Shown piece after piece: positions 34,553 through 44,097 of a stretch of DNA of 57,320 nt (within the stretch, counting starts at the first letter, position 1; every line of letters begins with the position of its first letter). The position numbers and the translations under genes were made by a program. The stretch is from assembly GCA_944359885.1 (NCBI GenBank), contig CALVTC010000001.1, positions 1 through 57,320 of the forward strand, written 5' to 3'. A model generated the notes under the pieces. The model was not told the DNA's origin. It made no database searches and saw only the letters and a program-made list of their open reading frames with translations. Source of the DNA: an uncultured Bacilli bacterium (lineage in GTDB: Bacteria > Bacillota_I > Bacilli_A > RF39 > UBA660).

Positions 34553-34623
34553 TTAAAAGCAATCGAACAATATGAAAAAAATCGAAAAAAATTTCGATAA
34601 AAGAAAAAAAGAGAGAAATCTCT

Positions 34624-35928
34624 TTATTTTATAAGTGTTTTAAATTTGTCAATTAATTTGTCTACTGTGTCACATCCCATGAAACATAGTACAGAGTCTT
34701 TTTCTTCTAGTAATTTATTAAGAGTATCAAAAGAAATTATTTCACTGTTTTTTAAGTGATCTGTGATGATATGAGAGGTAATTTCTGGATAATCACTTTG
34801 ACGTTCTCTGTTAGAAATAATATCAGTTAGATATGTTTTATCAGCGATTTGGAATGCTTTTATAAACTCCTCTTTAAAATCTTTTGTTCTAGAATAAGTA
34901 TTTGGTACAAAAATTACTACTAATCTTTTTCCTTTGTACTTTTGTTTTACTGCTTCTAGTGTTGCCTTTATTTCTGTTGGATGATGAGCATAGTCATCAA
35001 TTATAATGTAATCTTTTATTTTTGTTTCAGCAAATCGTCGTTTGGCATTATGAAAAGTTTCTAATAAACTATGAATTGTCTCTTTTGTTAATCCTAACTC
35101 TTTTGCAATGGTAATAGCAGCTGCGGCATTTAAGACCATGTGTTTACCATATAATGGAATGTCAAAATGACCAAATAATTCATTGTCGATATAAAGATCA
35201 AAAACGGATCCTGTTTCTAACAATTGTATATTTTTTATGACAATATCGTTGTTTTCATTTAGACCATAAAACTTTACTGGTGTTTTAAAATTAATTTTTC
35301 GTACTTCTTCATTATCTCCGTTTGCTATTATAAGCTTTTTGGTTTGGTTTGCAAACGTTTCAAAAGTATTTCTTATGTCATTAATATCTTTGTAACATTC
35401 TAGGTGTTCTTTTTCAATGTTTGTAATGATAGAATATGTAGGATGGTAATCTGTAAAATGTCTGTTAAATTCATCGCTTTCTACTACAAAGTATTTATTT
35501 TTTTTACTAGCGTAACCATCTCCTGCTCCGATAAAATAATTGCAACCTACTGTGTTTTCTAATAGGTGCTTGATAAGAGATGACGTGGTTGTTTTCCCAT
35601 GCGTTCCACTTACACCGATTGTTTCAAATAAATCGATTACATCTCCCATGATTTCACTATATTTCTTGACTGTTAAGCCTAATTTTTTTACTCTTTGCAT
35701 TTCCTTATGATCTTCTTTAAAGGCAACACTATAAGTTACGATTGCATCTTTTGGAATTTCATGGGTTTGGTCGTAATAGATGGGGATATTTCTTTCCTCT
35801 AGACCATCTTGAGTAAATTTATATCCTTTGGCATCATCATATCCTGAAATTTCATTTCCTAAATCATATAAAATTTGAGCTAGAGTTGACATCCCTGTTC
35901 CTTTAATTCCTATACAATAATATTTCAT
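34624..35928 (-). CDS. murC: UDP-N-acetylmuramate--L-alanine ligase
   Basis: YYCIGIKGTGMSTLAQIL, GVSGTHGKTTTSS, DDYAHHPTEI. Confidence 0.9.
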   Translation of the reverse strand: MKYYCIGIKGTGMSTLAQILYDLGNEISGYDDAKGYKFTQDGLEERNIPIYYDQTHEIPKDAIVTYSVAFKEDHKEMQRVKKLGLTVKKYSEIMGDVIDLFETIGVSGTHGKTTTSSLIKHLLENTVGCNYFIGAGDGYASKKNKYFVVESDEFNRHFTDYHPTYSIITNIEKEHLECYKDINDIRNTFETFANQTKKLIIANGDNEEVRKINFKTPVKFYGLNENNDIVIKNIQLLETGSVFDLYIDNELFGHFDIPLYGKHMVLNAAAAITIAKELGLTKETIHSLLETFHNAKRRFAETKIKDYIIIDDYAHHPTEIKATLEAVKQKYKGKRLVVIFVPNTYSRTKDFKEEFIKAFQIADKTYLTDIISNRERQSDYPEITSHIITDHLKNSEIISFDTLNKLLEEKDSVLCFMGCDTVDKLIDKFKTLIK

Positions 35929-35957
35929 AATCTCACTTCTTTCTTTTCTACTATATT

Positions 35958-36590
35958 TTATGATATATGACTTATCATTCTACTGTCTCGTTCTTTTTTG
36001 GAGTAAATACAGCCACAATAATCTTGACGATAAAGCCCATATTTTTTTGATAATTCAATACTTCTTTTATAACCATTTCTTTTTTTGAAATCGGCATATA
36101 AGTATGTTGTTGTATATTCTTTATCTAATTGTTCGCCTATTTCATTTAACCAATTGCTATTTTTATAAGGACTGATACTTAACGTAGTTGTAAAATAGTC
36201 AAAACCTTGTTCTTCTGCTATTTTAGCAGTTTCTCTTAGACGCAGTTCATAACATTTATAACAACGCCTTCCACGTTCTTTTTCTTGTTCTAGTCTTGAT
36301 GAGATAGTAAAAAATTCTTTTGGATCATATCTTCCTGCTTCTACTTTTACATTGTCCAAATTAAGTTCTTTTATGAATTTTTTTATTTCATTTAATCTTT
36401 TGTTATATTCTTCTTGATCTGTAATATTGGGATTATAGTATAATATAGTGATATTGAAATATTGAGCGATTCTTTCAATGACAGCTGATGAACATGGTGC
36501 ACAACAAGCATGTAGTAATAGATTTTTCTTTTTGGTCATGCTGTTAATTTGTTCTTGCATTTTTATATCATAATTCATAGTACTCCTCAT
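35958..36590 (-). CDS. queH: epoxyqueuosine reductase QueH (DUF208)
   Basis: LLLHACCAPCSS, RCYKCYELRL, and CGC near the C-terminus. Confidence 0.8.
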   Translation of the reverse strand: MRSTMNYDIKMQEQINSMTKKKNLLLHACCAPCSSAVIERIAQYFNITILYYNPNITDQEEYNKRLNEIKKFIKELNLDNVKVEAGRYDPKEFFTISSRLEQEKERGRRCYKCYELRLRETAKIAEEQGFDYFTTTLSISPYKNSNWLNEIGEQLDKEYTTTYLYADFKKRNGYKRSIELSKKYGLYRQDYCGCIYSKKERDSRMISHIS

Positions 36591-36691
36591 TTCATTTATG
36601 TATTATATCATATTTTCTGTTTTCATTTCTTGATTTTTCTTATTATTTTTTGTTTTGTCATGTTTTTTAATTATTTTACATAAATTTTACT

Positions 36692-37441
36692 ATGAGTTCA
36701 GTTATGATTAGTTTTTTAGTTACCAGTTTTGCTGGTCTTTCTACTATGTTTGGGGTATTGCCTATTTTTTGGCATGGATATAAAGAAGAAAAAATTATTC
36801 CTATTTGTTTATTATTTGCAGCAGGAGTTATGTTGACTATTTCTTTTTCTTCTCTTTTTCCTGAGTCTTTATCTTTAATAGCCGAGAAGAGAAAGTTATT
36901 TCCTAGTATTTTATTCGTGCTTATTTTTATAGTTATAGGAATAATTTTTTCTTCGAAAATTTCACAAAAAATAGAAGAAGTATTTTCTTCTAATTATTTG
37001 TATCGTCTTGGTATTATTTCTGTTATTGCTCTTATTTTTCATAATATTCCAGAAGGAATTACTACGTTTCTTTCTAGTAATCATGACTTATCCCTTGGTA
37101 TTAGTTTATCTTTAGGAATTGCCCTTCATAATATTCCGGAGGGTATTTCTGTTGCAGTTCCTATTTATTATGCTACTGGAAGCAAGAAGAAAGCTATCAT
37201 TTTTACTTTTATCTCTGGTTTTTCCGAGCTTATTGGTGCTGTTATTGCTTATTTATTTCTTGCACCACTTATTACTTCTTTTTTATTAGGAGCAATTCTT
37301 GCTATGGCAGCGGGGATTATGATTCATATTTCTTTATATGAACTTATTCCCGCTTCTTTTCATTATCCTCTTACAAAATGGACTGTTTTGTCTTTCTTTG
37401 TTGGGGTTAGTGTTATGTTGATTTGCCATTTCTTTATTTAA
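36692..37441 (+). CDS. zupT: ZIP-family zinc transporter
   Basis: Duplicated HNIPEGI motif (HNIPEGITT, HNIPEGISVA) and a polytopic membrane profile. Confidence 0.8.
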   Translation: MSSVMISFLVTSFAGLSTMFGVLPIFWHGYKEEKIIPICLLFAAGVMLTISFSSLFPESLSLIAEKRKLFPSILFVLIFIVIGIIFSSKISQKIEEVFSSNYLYRLGIISVIALIFHNIPEGITTFLSSNHDLSLGISLSLGIALHNIPEGISVAVPIYYATGSKKKAIIFTFISGFSELIGAVIAYLFLAPLITSFLLGAILAMAAGIMIHISLYELIPASFHYPLTKWTVLSFFVGVSVMLICHFFI

Positions 37442-37817
37442 TTATAGTTGGAGCAAGAAAATCAAACATAGGAATATTTCTTAGTAGTCCATAAGTTATA
37501 AATATTATAATTATTATCATCCAGTATTTTGTTGGTATTTTATTATAGAGTGGTTCTTTTTTAGAAATAAGTGCATTCATACCGAAGAATAGAAAAATGG
37601 GTAAAGAGCAAAATAGTAAAGGATTATAACGAAATGCTTGATAGAAATTGAATGTGATTAGGGAATAAAACATCCTTGTAATTCCACATCCTGGGCAATA
37701 TAGACCAGTTAGTTTTTTTATTGGACAAGCAAGATAGATGTGAAATTTATTTCCTAGTATTAAGTAAATAATAAGACTAGCGAAACATATTAGTGTTATT
37801 GTTATCTTCTTTTTCAT
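37434..37817 (-). CDS. DUF2752-domain membrane protein
   Basis: CPIKKLTGLYCPGCGITR motif. Confidence 0.7.
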   Translation of the reverse strand: MKKKITITLICFASLIIYLILGNKFHIYLACPIKKLTGLYCPGCGITRMFYSLITFNFYQAFRYNPLLFCSLPIFLFFGMNALISKKEPLYNKIPTKYWMIIIIIFITYGLLRNIPMFDFLAPTIIK

Positions 37818-37841
37818 CGAAAGAAAAAAGCGTAAATACGC

Positions 37842-38192
37842 TTATTGTCCATTTCTTATTATTTCGTTTAGATCGTTTTGCATTAAAGCGTAGTTAATAA
37901 TTCCAAACCCTAATAATTGTAATACTAAGTATAATATGGAGTTGTCTTCTGCTCTCATAGCGTGATTACTTTTTGCTTTTTCTATTGTTTTTCCCATTTT
38001 ATATGCCCAGTAAATTCCATAGATACCACATGTGATTAGGGTTAGTAGGAATGCTACTCCTCCGCCTGGTGTTTCGTTATCGTTACTTAATTGTTTTGCA
38101 TCGTCTGTTAGAACTATGAACCAATAGATTCCATAAATACCGCAGGTTATGATAGTTAAAATGATTGATACAGCAATATTTCTTTCTTGCAT
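37842..38192 (-). CDS. DUF4234-domain membrane protein
   Basis: Duplicated TCGIYGIYW motif. Confidence 0.65.
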   Translation of the reverse strand: MQERNIAVSIILTIITCGIYGIYWFIVLTDDAKQLSNDNETPGGGVAFLLTLITCGIYGIYWAYKMGKTIEKAKSNHAMRAEDNSILYLVLQLLGFGIINYALMQNDLNEIIRNGQ

Positions 38193-38246
38193 TTTATCAC
38201 CTCTATATTATTATCATACCATATAGTATGCTGGATTGCTAGATTT

Positions 38247-40115
38247 TTATTCTAATTCAAATGCTCCTGTATATAATTGATAATATTGCCCTTTTGCTTC
38301 AATTAGTTGATTGTGGTCTCCTCTTTCGATGATTTTTCCGTGGTCTAGCACGATAATTGCTTCTGAGTTTCTAACTGTAGAAAGACGATGAGCAATAACA
38401 AATACAGTTCTTCCTTCCATTAATTTATCCATACCATCTTGTACTATTTTTTCTGTTCTTGTATCGATAGATGAAGTTGCCTCATCTAGAATCATAACTG
38501 GGGGATTGTTAATTGCACATCTGGCAATCGAAAGAAGTTGTCTCTGACCTTGGGATAGTTGGGCACCATTTCCTTTTAAAGCTGTATCGTATCCATTTGG
38601 TAGACGTCTAATAAAATCATCGGCATTAGCAAGTTTTGCAGCTTGGATTACCTCTTCATCAGTTGCATCTTTTTTTCCATACTTAATATTTTCTTTAATT
38701 GTTCCCGTAAATAAGTTGGTGTCTTGTAAGACCATTCCTAATGATCTTCTTAAATCATCTTTTTTTATTTTTTCGATATTAATTCCATCATATCTGATTT
38801 TTCCTTCATCAATATCGTAGAAACGGTTTAATAGATTTGTAATCGTTGTTTTTCCAGCTCCTGTTGCTCCTACAAAAGCAATCTTTTGACCAGGTTTGGC
38901 ATATAGTGTAATGTCGTGTAGTACTGTTTTTTCAGGTGTGTATCCAAATGTTACATTTTCTAATTCAATGTGACCTTTTAATTCAACATACTCTAATCTT
39001 CCATCGTGATGTGGATGACGCCATGCCCAGTTTCCTGTATACTCTTCTGTTTCTTCAATTTCTCCTTGTTCATTTTTCTTAATACGAACTAAAGTAACAT
39101 AACCTTGATCTAGTTCTGGTTTTTCATCCATCATATTGAAAATTCTACTTGCTCCTGCCATTGCCATAATGATGGAGTTGAATTGGTTCATCACTTGATT
39201 AATTGGTTGAGAAAAATTTCTTGTTAATTGTAGGAATGAAACGATAGTACCAACGGTTAATGCTAAAGTACCATTTAGTGTTAATACTGTACCAATAATC
39301 GCAATACTTACATATTGTAAATTACCTAAGTTGTTTGCAATTGGCATTAATATGTTTGCAAATTTATTAGCTTTATACATATCGTCATTTAGGTTATTAT
39401 TTAACGCTTCAAAATCTAGTTTTGCTTCTTCTTCATGAGTAAATACTTTAATTACTTTTTGGCCGTTTAACATCTCTTCAATATATCCATTTACTCGACC
39501 AAGAGAGTTTTGTTGTCTTAAGAAGTACTTAGAACTTTTACTGGTTATCCACTTTGTTATTAATATTGTTAGTATCGTAAAAATGATAACGCATCCCGTT
39601 AATAGAGGACTTAAATATATCATAGAACAAAATATGGCGATAATACTAAATATAGATGAGATAATTTGTGGTAAACTTTGTGATATCATTTGGCGAAGAG
39701 TATCAGTATCGTTTGTATAACGACTCATGATATCTCCGTGAGTATTGGTATCAAAATATCTGATTGGTAAACGTTGCATTTTTCTAAACATGTCATCTCT
39801 GATATCTCGAAGAACTCCTTGAGATATTACAACCATAAGACGGTTATATAGATATGCTGTAAAAATTCCAATTATATAAATTACTGCCATGATACTTAAT
39901 GCTTTTAATAACTCTGTAAATACTGGATTTTTAACCTTTAGAAGTGGTGTGATGTAGTCATCAATTAGTTTTTGTAAAAATAAGGAACTAGCAACACTGA
40001 TGATAGCATTGATAATAATACAACAAAAGACTAAAATAAATTGTTTTTTATAGTTTTTGGTAATATATGATAATAGTCTTTTTAATGTTCCTTTTTTGAT
40101 TTTTCTAGCTGCCAT
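38247..40115 (-). CDS. ABC exporter, fused permease/ATPase subunit
   Basis: Six-TM domain plus Walker A GATGAGKTT, signature LSQGQRQ, Walker B ILDEATS. Confidence 0.9.
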   Translation of the reverse strand: MAARKIKKGTLKRLLSYITKNYKKQFILVFCCIIINAIISVASSLFLQKLIDDYITPLLKVKNPVFTELLKALSIMAVIYIIGIFTAYLYNRLMVVISQGVLRDIRDDMFRKMQRLPIRYFDTNTHGDIMSRYTNDTDTLRQMISQSLPQIISSIFSIIAIFCSMIYLSPLLTGCVIIFTILTILITKWITSKSSKYFLRQQNSLGRVNGYIEEMLNGQKVIKVFTHEEEAKLDFEALNNNLNDDMYKANKFANILMPIANNLGNLQYVSIAIIGTVLTLNGTLALTVGTIVSFLQLTRNFSQPINQVMNQFNSIIMAMAGASRIFNMMDEKPELDQGYVTLVRIKKNEQGEIEETEEYTGNWAWRHPHHDGRLEYVELKGHIELENVTFGYTPEKTVLHDITLYAKPGQKIAFVGATGAGKTTITNLLNRFYDIDEGKIRYDGINIEKIKKDDLRRSLGMVLQDTNLFTGTIKENIKYGKKDATDEEVIQAAKLANADDFIRRLPNGYDTALKGNGAQLSQGQRQLLSIARCAINNPPVMILDEATSSIDTRTEKIVQDGMDKLMEGRTVFVIAHRLSTVRNSEAIIVLDHGKIIERGDHNQLIEAKGQYYQLYTGAFELE

Positions 40116-41851
40116 TATTCTTCACTTCCTTTCATTTGAGATGTATATACTTCTTTATATATTTTGTTGTTTTTAAGAAGGCTTTGATGTGTACCAAATC
40201 CGTTGATTTTACCTTGGTGCATTACAATAATTTTATCGCAGTTTTCTACAGAAGAAATTCTTTGAGCGATAATAATTTTTGTTGTGTCTGGTATTTCTTC
40301 TTTAAATGCTTTTTGAATTAAGCTATCTGTTTTAGTATCTACTGCAGAAGTGGAATCATCTAATATTAATATTTTAGGCTTTCTAAGTAATGCTCTGGCA
40401 ATACAAAGTCTTTGCTTTTGACCACCACTTACGTTAGTTCCACCTTCTTCAATATATGTATCATATCCATCTTTAAATTTAGAAACAAATTCATCTGCTT
40501 GTGCTAATTTGCATACACGAATTACTTCTTCTATATCTGCATTTTTATCTCCCCAGCGGATATTGTCTGCTATGGTACCTGAGAAAAGTACATTTTTTTG
40601 TAATACACAGGCAACTTCTTTTCTTAAAGACTCTAGATCATAGTCTTTTACATTAATTCCAGCAACTAATACTTCCCCTTCTGTTGCATCATATAATCGT
40701 GGAATTAGATTAACTAAACTTGATTTTCCACTTCCTGTTTCTCCAATAATGCCAATTGTTTGTCCTGATTTAATTTTTAAATTAATGTTATGTAGACATT
40801 CTTTGTTTTTTCTTCCTATGTAACTGAAACCAACGTTTTTAAATTCTATAGAACCATCTTTTACTTCTTTTATTGCTTTTTTATTATTTTTTATTGTAGG
40901 AACTTCATCTAATACTTCTACAATTCTTTCTGTAGATGCACGAGATATTGTTATCATAACAAATACCATGGATAGCATCATTAGACTGGATAATATTTGA
41001 ATGGCATAAGTAAACATGGTCATTAACTCTCCTGTTGTAAATTGTGTCATATTACTGTTTACAATGATGGTTGCTCCAAACCAAGAGATTAATAAGATGC
41101 AAAGATAAATAGAAGATTGCATTAGAGGGTTATTTAAAGCAATTATTTTTTCTGCTTTGCTGAATCCTTTATAAATTTCATTAGAAACTTTCTGGAATTT
41201 TTTGGTTTCTTCTTCTTCTAAGACAAAGGACTTTACCACTCTTATTCCTGCAACGTTTTCTTCTACTACATTATTTAATCCATCATATTTTTTAAATACT
41301 TTTTCCATTAAAGGGTGAACTTTTTTTGTAATTAAGAATAAGCCTGTTCCTAGTATTGGTATTAGTATTAAGAAAATTAGAGATAAGGTTTTGTTAATGG
41401 AAAATGAAAATGCTAAAGAAATAATTAACATTAATGGTGCTCTTACTGCTACTCTAATAATCATTTGGTAGGCCATTTGTACATTTGTAACATCAGTTGT
41501 TAGTCTTGTTACTAGACTACTAGTTGAAAATTTATCAATGTTAGAAAAAGAAAAATCTTGAACTTTAAAATATAGGTCTTCTCTTAGATTTTTGGCAAAT
41601 CCTGATGCTGCTTTAGCTGCAAACATTCCTGAAAACATTCCAAAGATTAAGGATAATATTGCACAGATAATTAATTCTATTGCTATTTTATATACCATAT
41701 TCATATTTCCATCATAGATTCCTTTATCGATTAAGTTAGCCATTAGAAGTGGGATAATTACTTCTAGTACTACTTCTAAAGATACAAAAAACGGTGCTAA
41801 GATAGATGCTGTTTTATATTCTCTTACAGATTTTAATAGTTTTTTAAGCAT
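40115..41851 (-). CDS. ABC exporter, fused permease/ATPase subunit
   Basis: GETGSGKSS, VSGGQKQR, LILDDSTSAVD. Overlaps both neighbours (heterodimeric pair). Confidence 0.9.
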   Translation of the reverse strand: MLKKLLKSVREYKTASILAPFFVSLEVVLEVIIPLLMANLIDKGIYDGNMNMVYKIAIELIICAILSLIFGMFSGMFAAKAASGFAKNLREDLYFKVQDFSFSNIDKFSTSSLVTRLTTDVTNVQMAYQMIIRVAVRAPLMLIISLAFSFSINKTLSLIFLILIPILGTGLFLITKKVHPLMEKVFKKYDGLNNVVEENVAGIRVVKSFVLEEEETKKFQKVSNEIYKGFSKAEKIIALNNPLMQSSIYLCILLISWFGATIIVNSNMTQFTTGELMTMFTYAIQILSSLMMLSMVFVMITISRASTERIVEVLDEVPTIKNNKKAIKEVKDGSIEFKNVGFSYIGRKNKECLHNINLKIKSGQTIGIIGETGSGKSSLVNLIPRLYDATEGEVLVAGINVKDYDLESLRKEVACVLQKNVLFSGTIADNIRWGDKNADIEEVIRVCKLAQADEFVSKFKDGYDTYIEEGGTNVSGGQKQRLCIARALLRKPKILILDDSTSAVDTKTDSLIQKAFKEEIPDTTKIIIAQRISSVENCDKIIVMHQGKINGFGTHQSLLKNNKIYKEVYTSQMKGSEE

Positions 41852-42296
41852 ATTTTTTTCCTCCTTCTTGATTTGTTAAATTTTTTTCTATTTTGTCTAA
41901 AATAAAGAGTAGAGTTTTTATCTCTTCGTTTGTTAAATTTTTTCTGATTTTATTTTCTAATATGTCAATTTTATCAATATCCATGATTGCTATTTTTTTG
42001 CCTGTTGCTGTTAGTGTTAGGACCTTTTTTCTTGAATCTAGTGGGTCACTTTTTCTTATTATTAAGTCTTTTTGTTCCATGCGATTTAAAATTTCTGTTG
42101 CTGTAGATCTACGAATTAATAATTTTTGTTCGATGTCTTTTTGATAAATTTGTTTTTCTTCTTCTGAATAAATATAGTCTAGAATAACACTTTGATTTTT
42201 TGTTAAATTTGAATTTTTCGTAATTTCTTTTTCTATTTCTCTTTGCATTAGATTGTTTATTTTCTTTATTTTTCCACCTATATCTTCCTTTTTCAT
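41844..42296 (-). CDS. MarR-family transcriptional regulator
   Basis: Winged-HTH pattern ...IRRSTATEILNRMEQKDLIIRKSDPLDSRKKVLTLT.... Start set at the ATG after AGGAGG. First gene of the ABC operon. Confidence 0.8.
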   Translation of the reverse strand: MKKEDIGGKIKKINNLMQREIEKEITKNSNLTKNQSVILDYIYSEEEKQIYQKDIEQKLLIRRSTATEILNRMEQKDLIIRKSDPLDSRKKVLTLTATGKKIAIMDIDKIDILENKIRKNLTNEEIKTLLFILDKIEKNLTNQEGGKKYA

Positions 42297-42388
42297 ACTA
42301 CCTCCTATTTTGTTAGGCAACTAACATTTTATGATTTTCTTTTTTATTTGTCAAGAAAAAAATAATCTATCTATATAGATTATCCATT

Positions 42389-43738
42389 TTAAGAGTTTGT
42401 AGTTTTCTTTTGCTCTTCTATCTTATGTAGTCGTTTCCATTCTTTTATTTGTTCTAGTCGCTGTTTAAATCGAACTTCGTTACCTTGAGTAGATGGTGTA
42501 TAATAGTTTTTTCCTAGTAAGGATGGTGGAAGACAGTCCATCGTTGTTAATTTGTCTTTTTTGTCTTGGGCAAACTGATAACCTTTTCCGTAATTTAAAT
42601 CTTTCATGAGCTTGGTTGGTGCATTCCTAATTATTAAGGGAACTGGTTCTGCTAACATCTTTTTTGCATCACTACTCGCTTTTTGGTAGGCAACATCACA
42701 AGAATTTGATTTTGGTGCTAGTGACATGTAAATTACAGCTTCTGCTAGATGAACATTACATTCTGGCATTCCGATGAAATGACATGCTTGATAGACATTT
42801 ATCGCAACATTTAAAGCATTTGTATCAGCAAGTCCTATGTCTTCTGATGCAAATCTTGTAATTCTTCTTGCAATATAGAGTGGATCTTCTCCTGCTTCTA
42901 GCATTCTAGCAAGCCAATAGACAGCGGCATCTGGATCGCTATTTCTCATAGATTTATGAAGTGCAGAAATAATATTGTAATGTTCTTCTCCGTTTTTATC
43001 ATATAAAAGAGTCTTTTTTGTTAGGCATTCTTCTATTTGTTCTTCGGTAACTTTTATTGTTCCATCTTTATTTATTTGGGCATTGGTAATTATCATGTCT
43101 AGAGTTGTAAGTGCTGATCTTGCATCCCCGTTTGAAAAGGCAGCAATAATTTCTAAATTTTCTTCTGATATTTCTACTTTTTCTTTTCCAAATCCTCTTT
43201 CATCTTGAATTGCTCTCTTTAGTAAGGTTAATATGTCGTCTTTTGATAATTCTTTTAATACAAAAACTCTACATCTTGATAAAAGCGCGTTGTTGATTTC
43301 AAAAGATGGGTTTTCAGTTGTTGCGCCGATTAAGACAATTGATCCTTTTTCTACGTAAGGTAAAAAGGCATCTTGCTGTGCTTTATTAAAACGATGAATT
43401 TCATCTACAAAAACAATGGTTTTAATTCCTATTTTTTTATTATTTTCAGCTTCTTCCATGACTTTTTTTATTTCTTTGATACCAGATGTTACTGCTGAGA
43501 AAGTAATAAACTCTGATTTTGTTTCATGTGCGATGATACGTGCTAGAGTGGTTTTACCTACTCCCGGTGGTCCCCAGAATATCATAGAAGTTACATTATC
43601 GCTTTCAATTATTTTTCTTAAGATTTTGTTTTCTCCTATCAAATGAGTCTGCCCTACTACCTCGCTTAATTTTGTTGGTCGCATTCTAGAGGCGAGAGGT
43701 TCACTCATTGGTTTTTCAAATAGTGATGATTGGTACAT
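42389..43738 (-). CDS. rarA: replication-associated recombination protein A (full-length, 449 aa)
   Basis: PLASRMRPTKLSEVVGQTHL, GPPGVGKTT, VFVDEIHRFNKAQQD, SRCRVFVLK, ISALHKSMRNSDPDAAVYWLARM. Confidence 0.9.
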   Translation of the reverse strand: MYQSSLFEKPMSEPLASRMRPTKLSEVVGQTHLIGENKILRKIIESDNVTSMIFWGPPGVGKTTLARIIAHETKSEFITFSAVTSGIKEIKKVMEEAENNKKIGIKTIVFVDEIHRFNKAQQDAFLPYVEKGSIVLIGATTENPSFEINNALLSRCRVFVLKELSKDDILTLLKRAIQDERGFGKEKVEISEENLEIIAAFSNGDARSALTTLDMIITNAQINKDGTIKVTEEQIEECLTKKTLLYDKNGEEHYNIISALHKSMRNSDPDAAVYWLARMLEAGEDPLYIARRITRFASEDIGLADTNALNVAINVYQACHFIGMPECNVHLAEAVIYMSLAPKSNSCDVAYQKASSDAKKMLAEPVPLIIRNAPTKLMKDLNYGKGYQFAQDKKDKLTTMDCLPPSLLGKNYYTPSTQGNEVRFKQRLEQIKEWKRLHKIEEQKKTTNS

Positions 43739-43758
43739 TATCTATTTCCTTTCTTTTT

Positions 43759-44085
43759 TTATGGTATTATTATTTTATATGATTCGTCAAATTGGTCATT
43801 TTCGCTATCATAATATAGGTTTATTTCGTTTTCCGTTATCCAATTTATTTGCCATTCTACTTCTTCGTTAAACCCTGAACCTTCATATTTATAAATTAGA
43901 GTATTTCCTTTAAAAATGTATGGTCTACTTAAGTTGTCATAACGAAGTATAATTTGATTTTTACCAGATGGTGATGTTAATTTTTTATCTCTTGTTCTTT
44001 CATATTTTATATTATCTATTAGTAAATATATACTTATTGTTCCTAAAACTAATATAACTATGATTCCTAATAAAGCTTTTTTCAT
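43759..44085 (-). CDS. hypothetical N-terminally anchored small protein
   Basis: 108-aa ORF with one TM/signal anchor. No family recognised. Confidence 0.4.
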   Translation of the reverse strand: MKKALLGIIVILVLGTISIYLLIDNIKYERTRDKKLTSPSGKNQIILRYDNLSRPYIFKGNTLIYKYEGSGFNEEVEWQINWITENEINLYYDSENDQFDESYKIIIP

Positions 44086-44097
44086 TACTGTGCCTTT

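Noticed and set aside
34561-34580. A possible second LexA half-site (GTTCG, within CATATTGTTCGATT on the minus strand) upstream of the Y-family-like gene.
   Set aside because: Only one half-site is present, and the partner CGAAC at the correct N4 spacing is absent.
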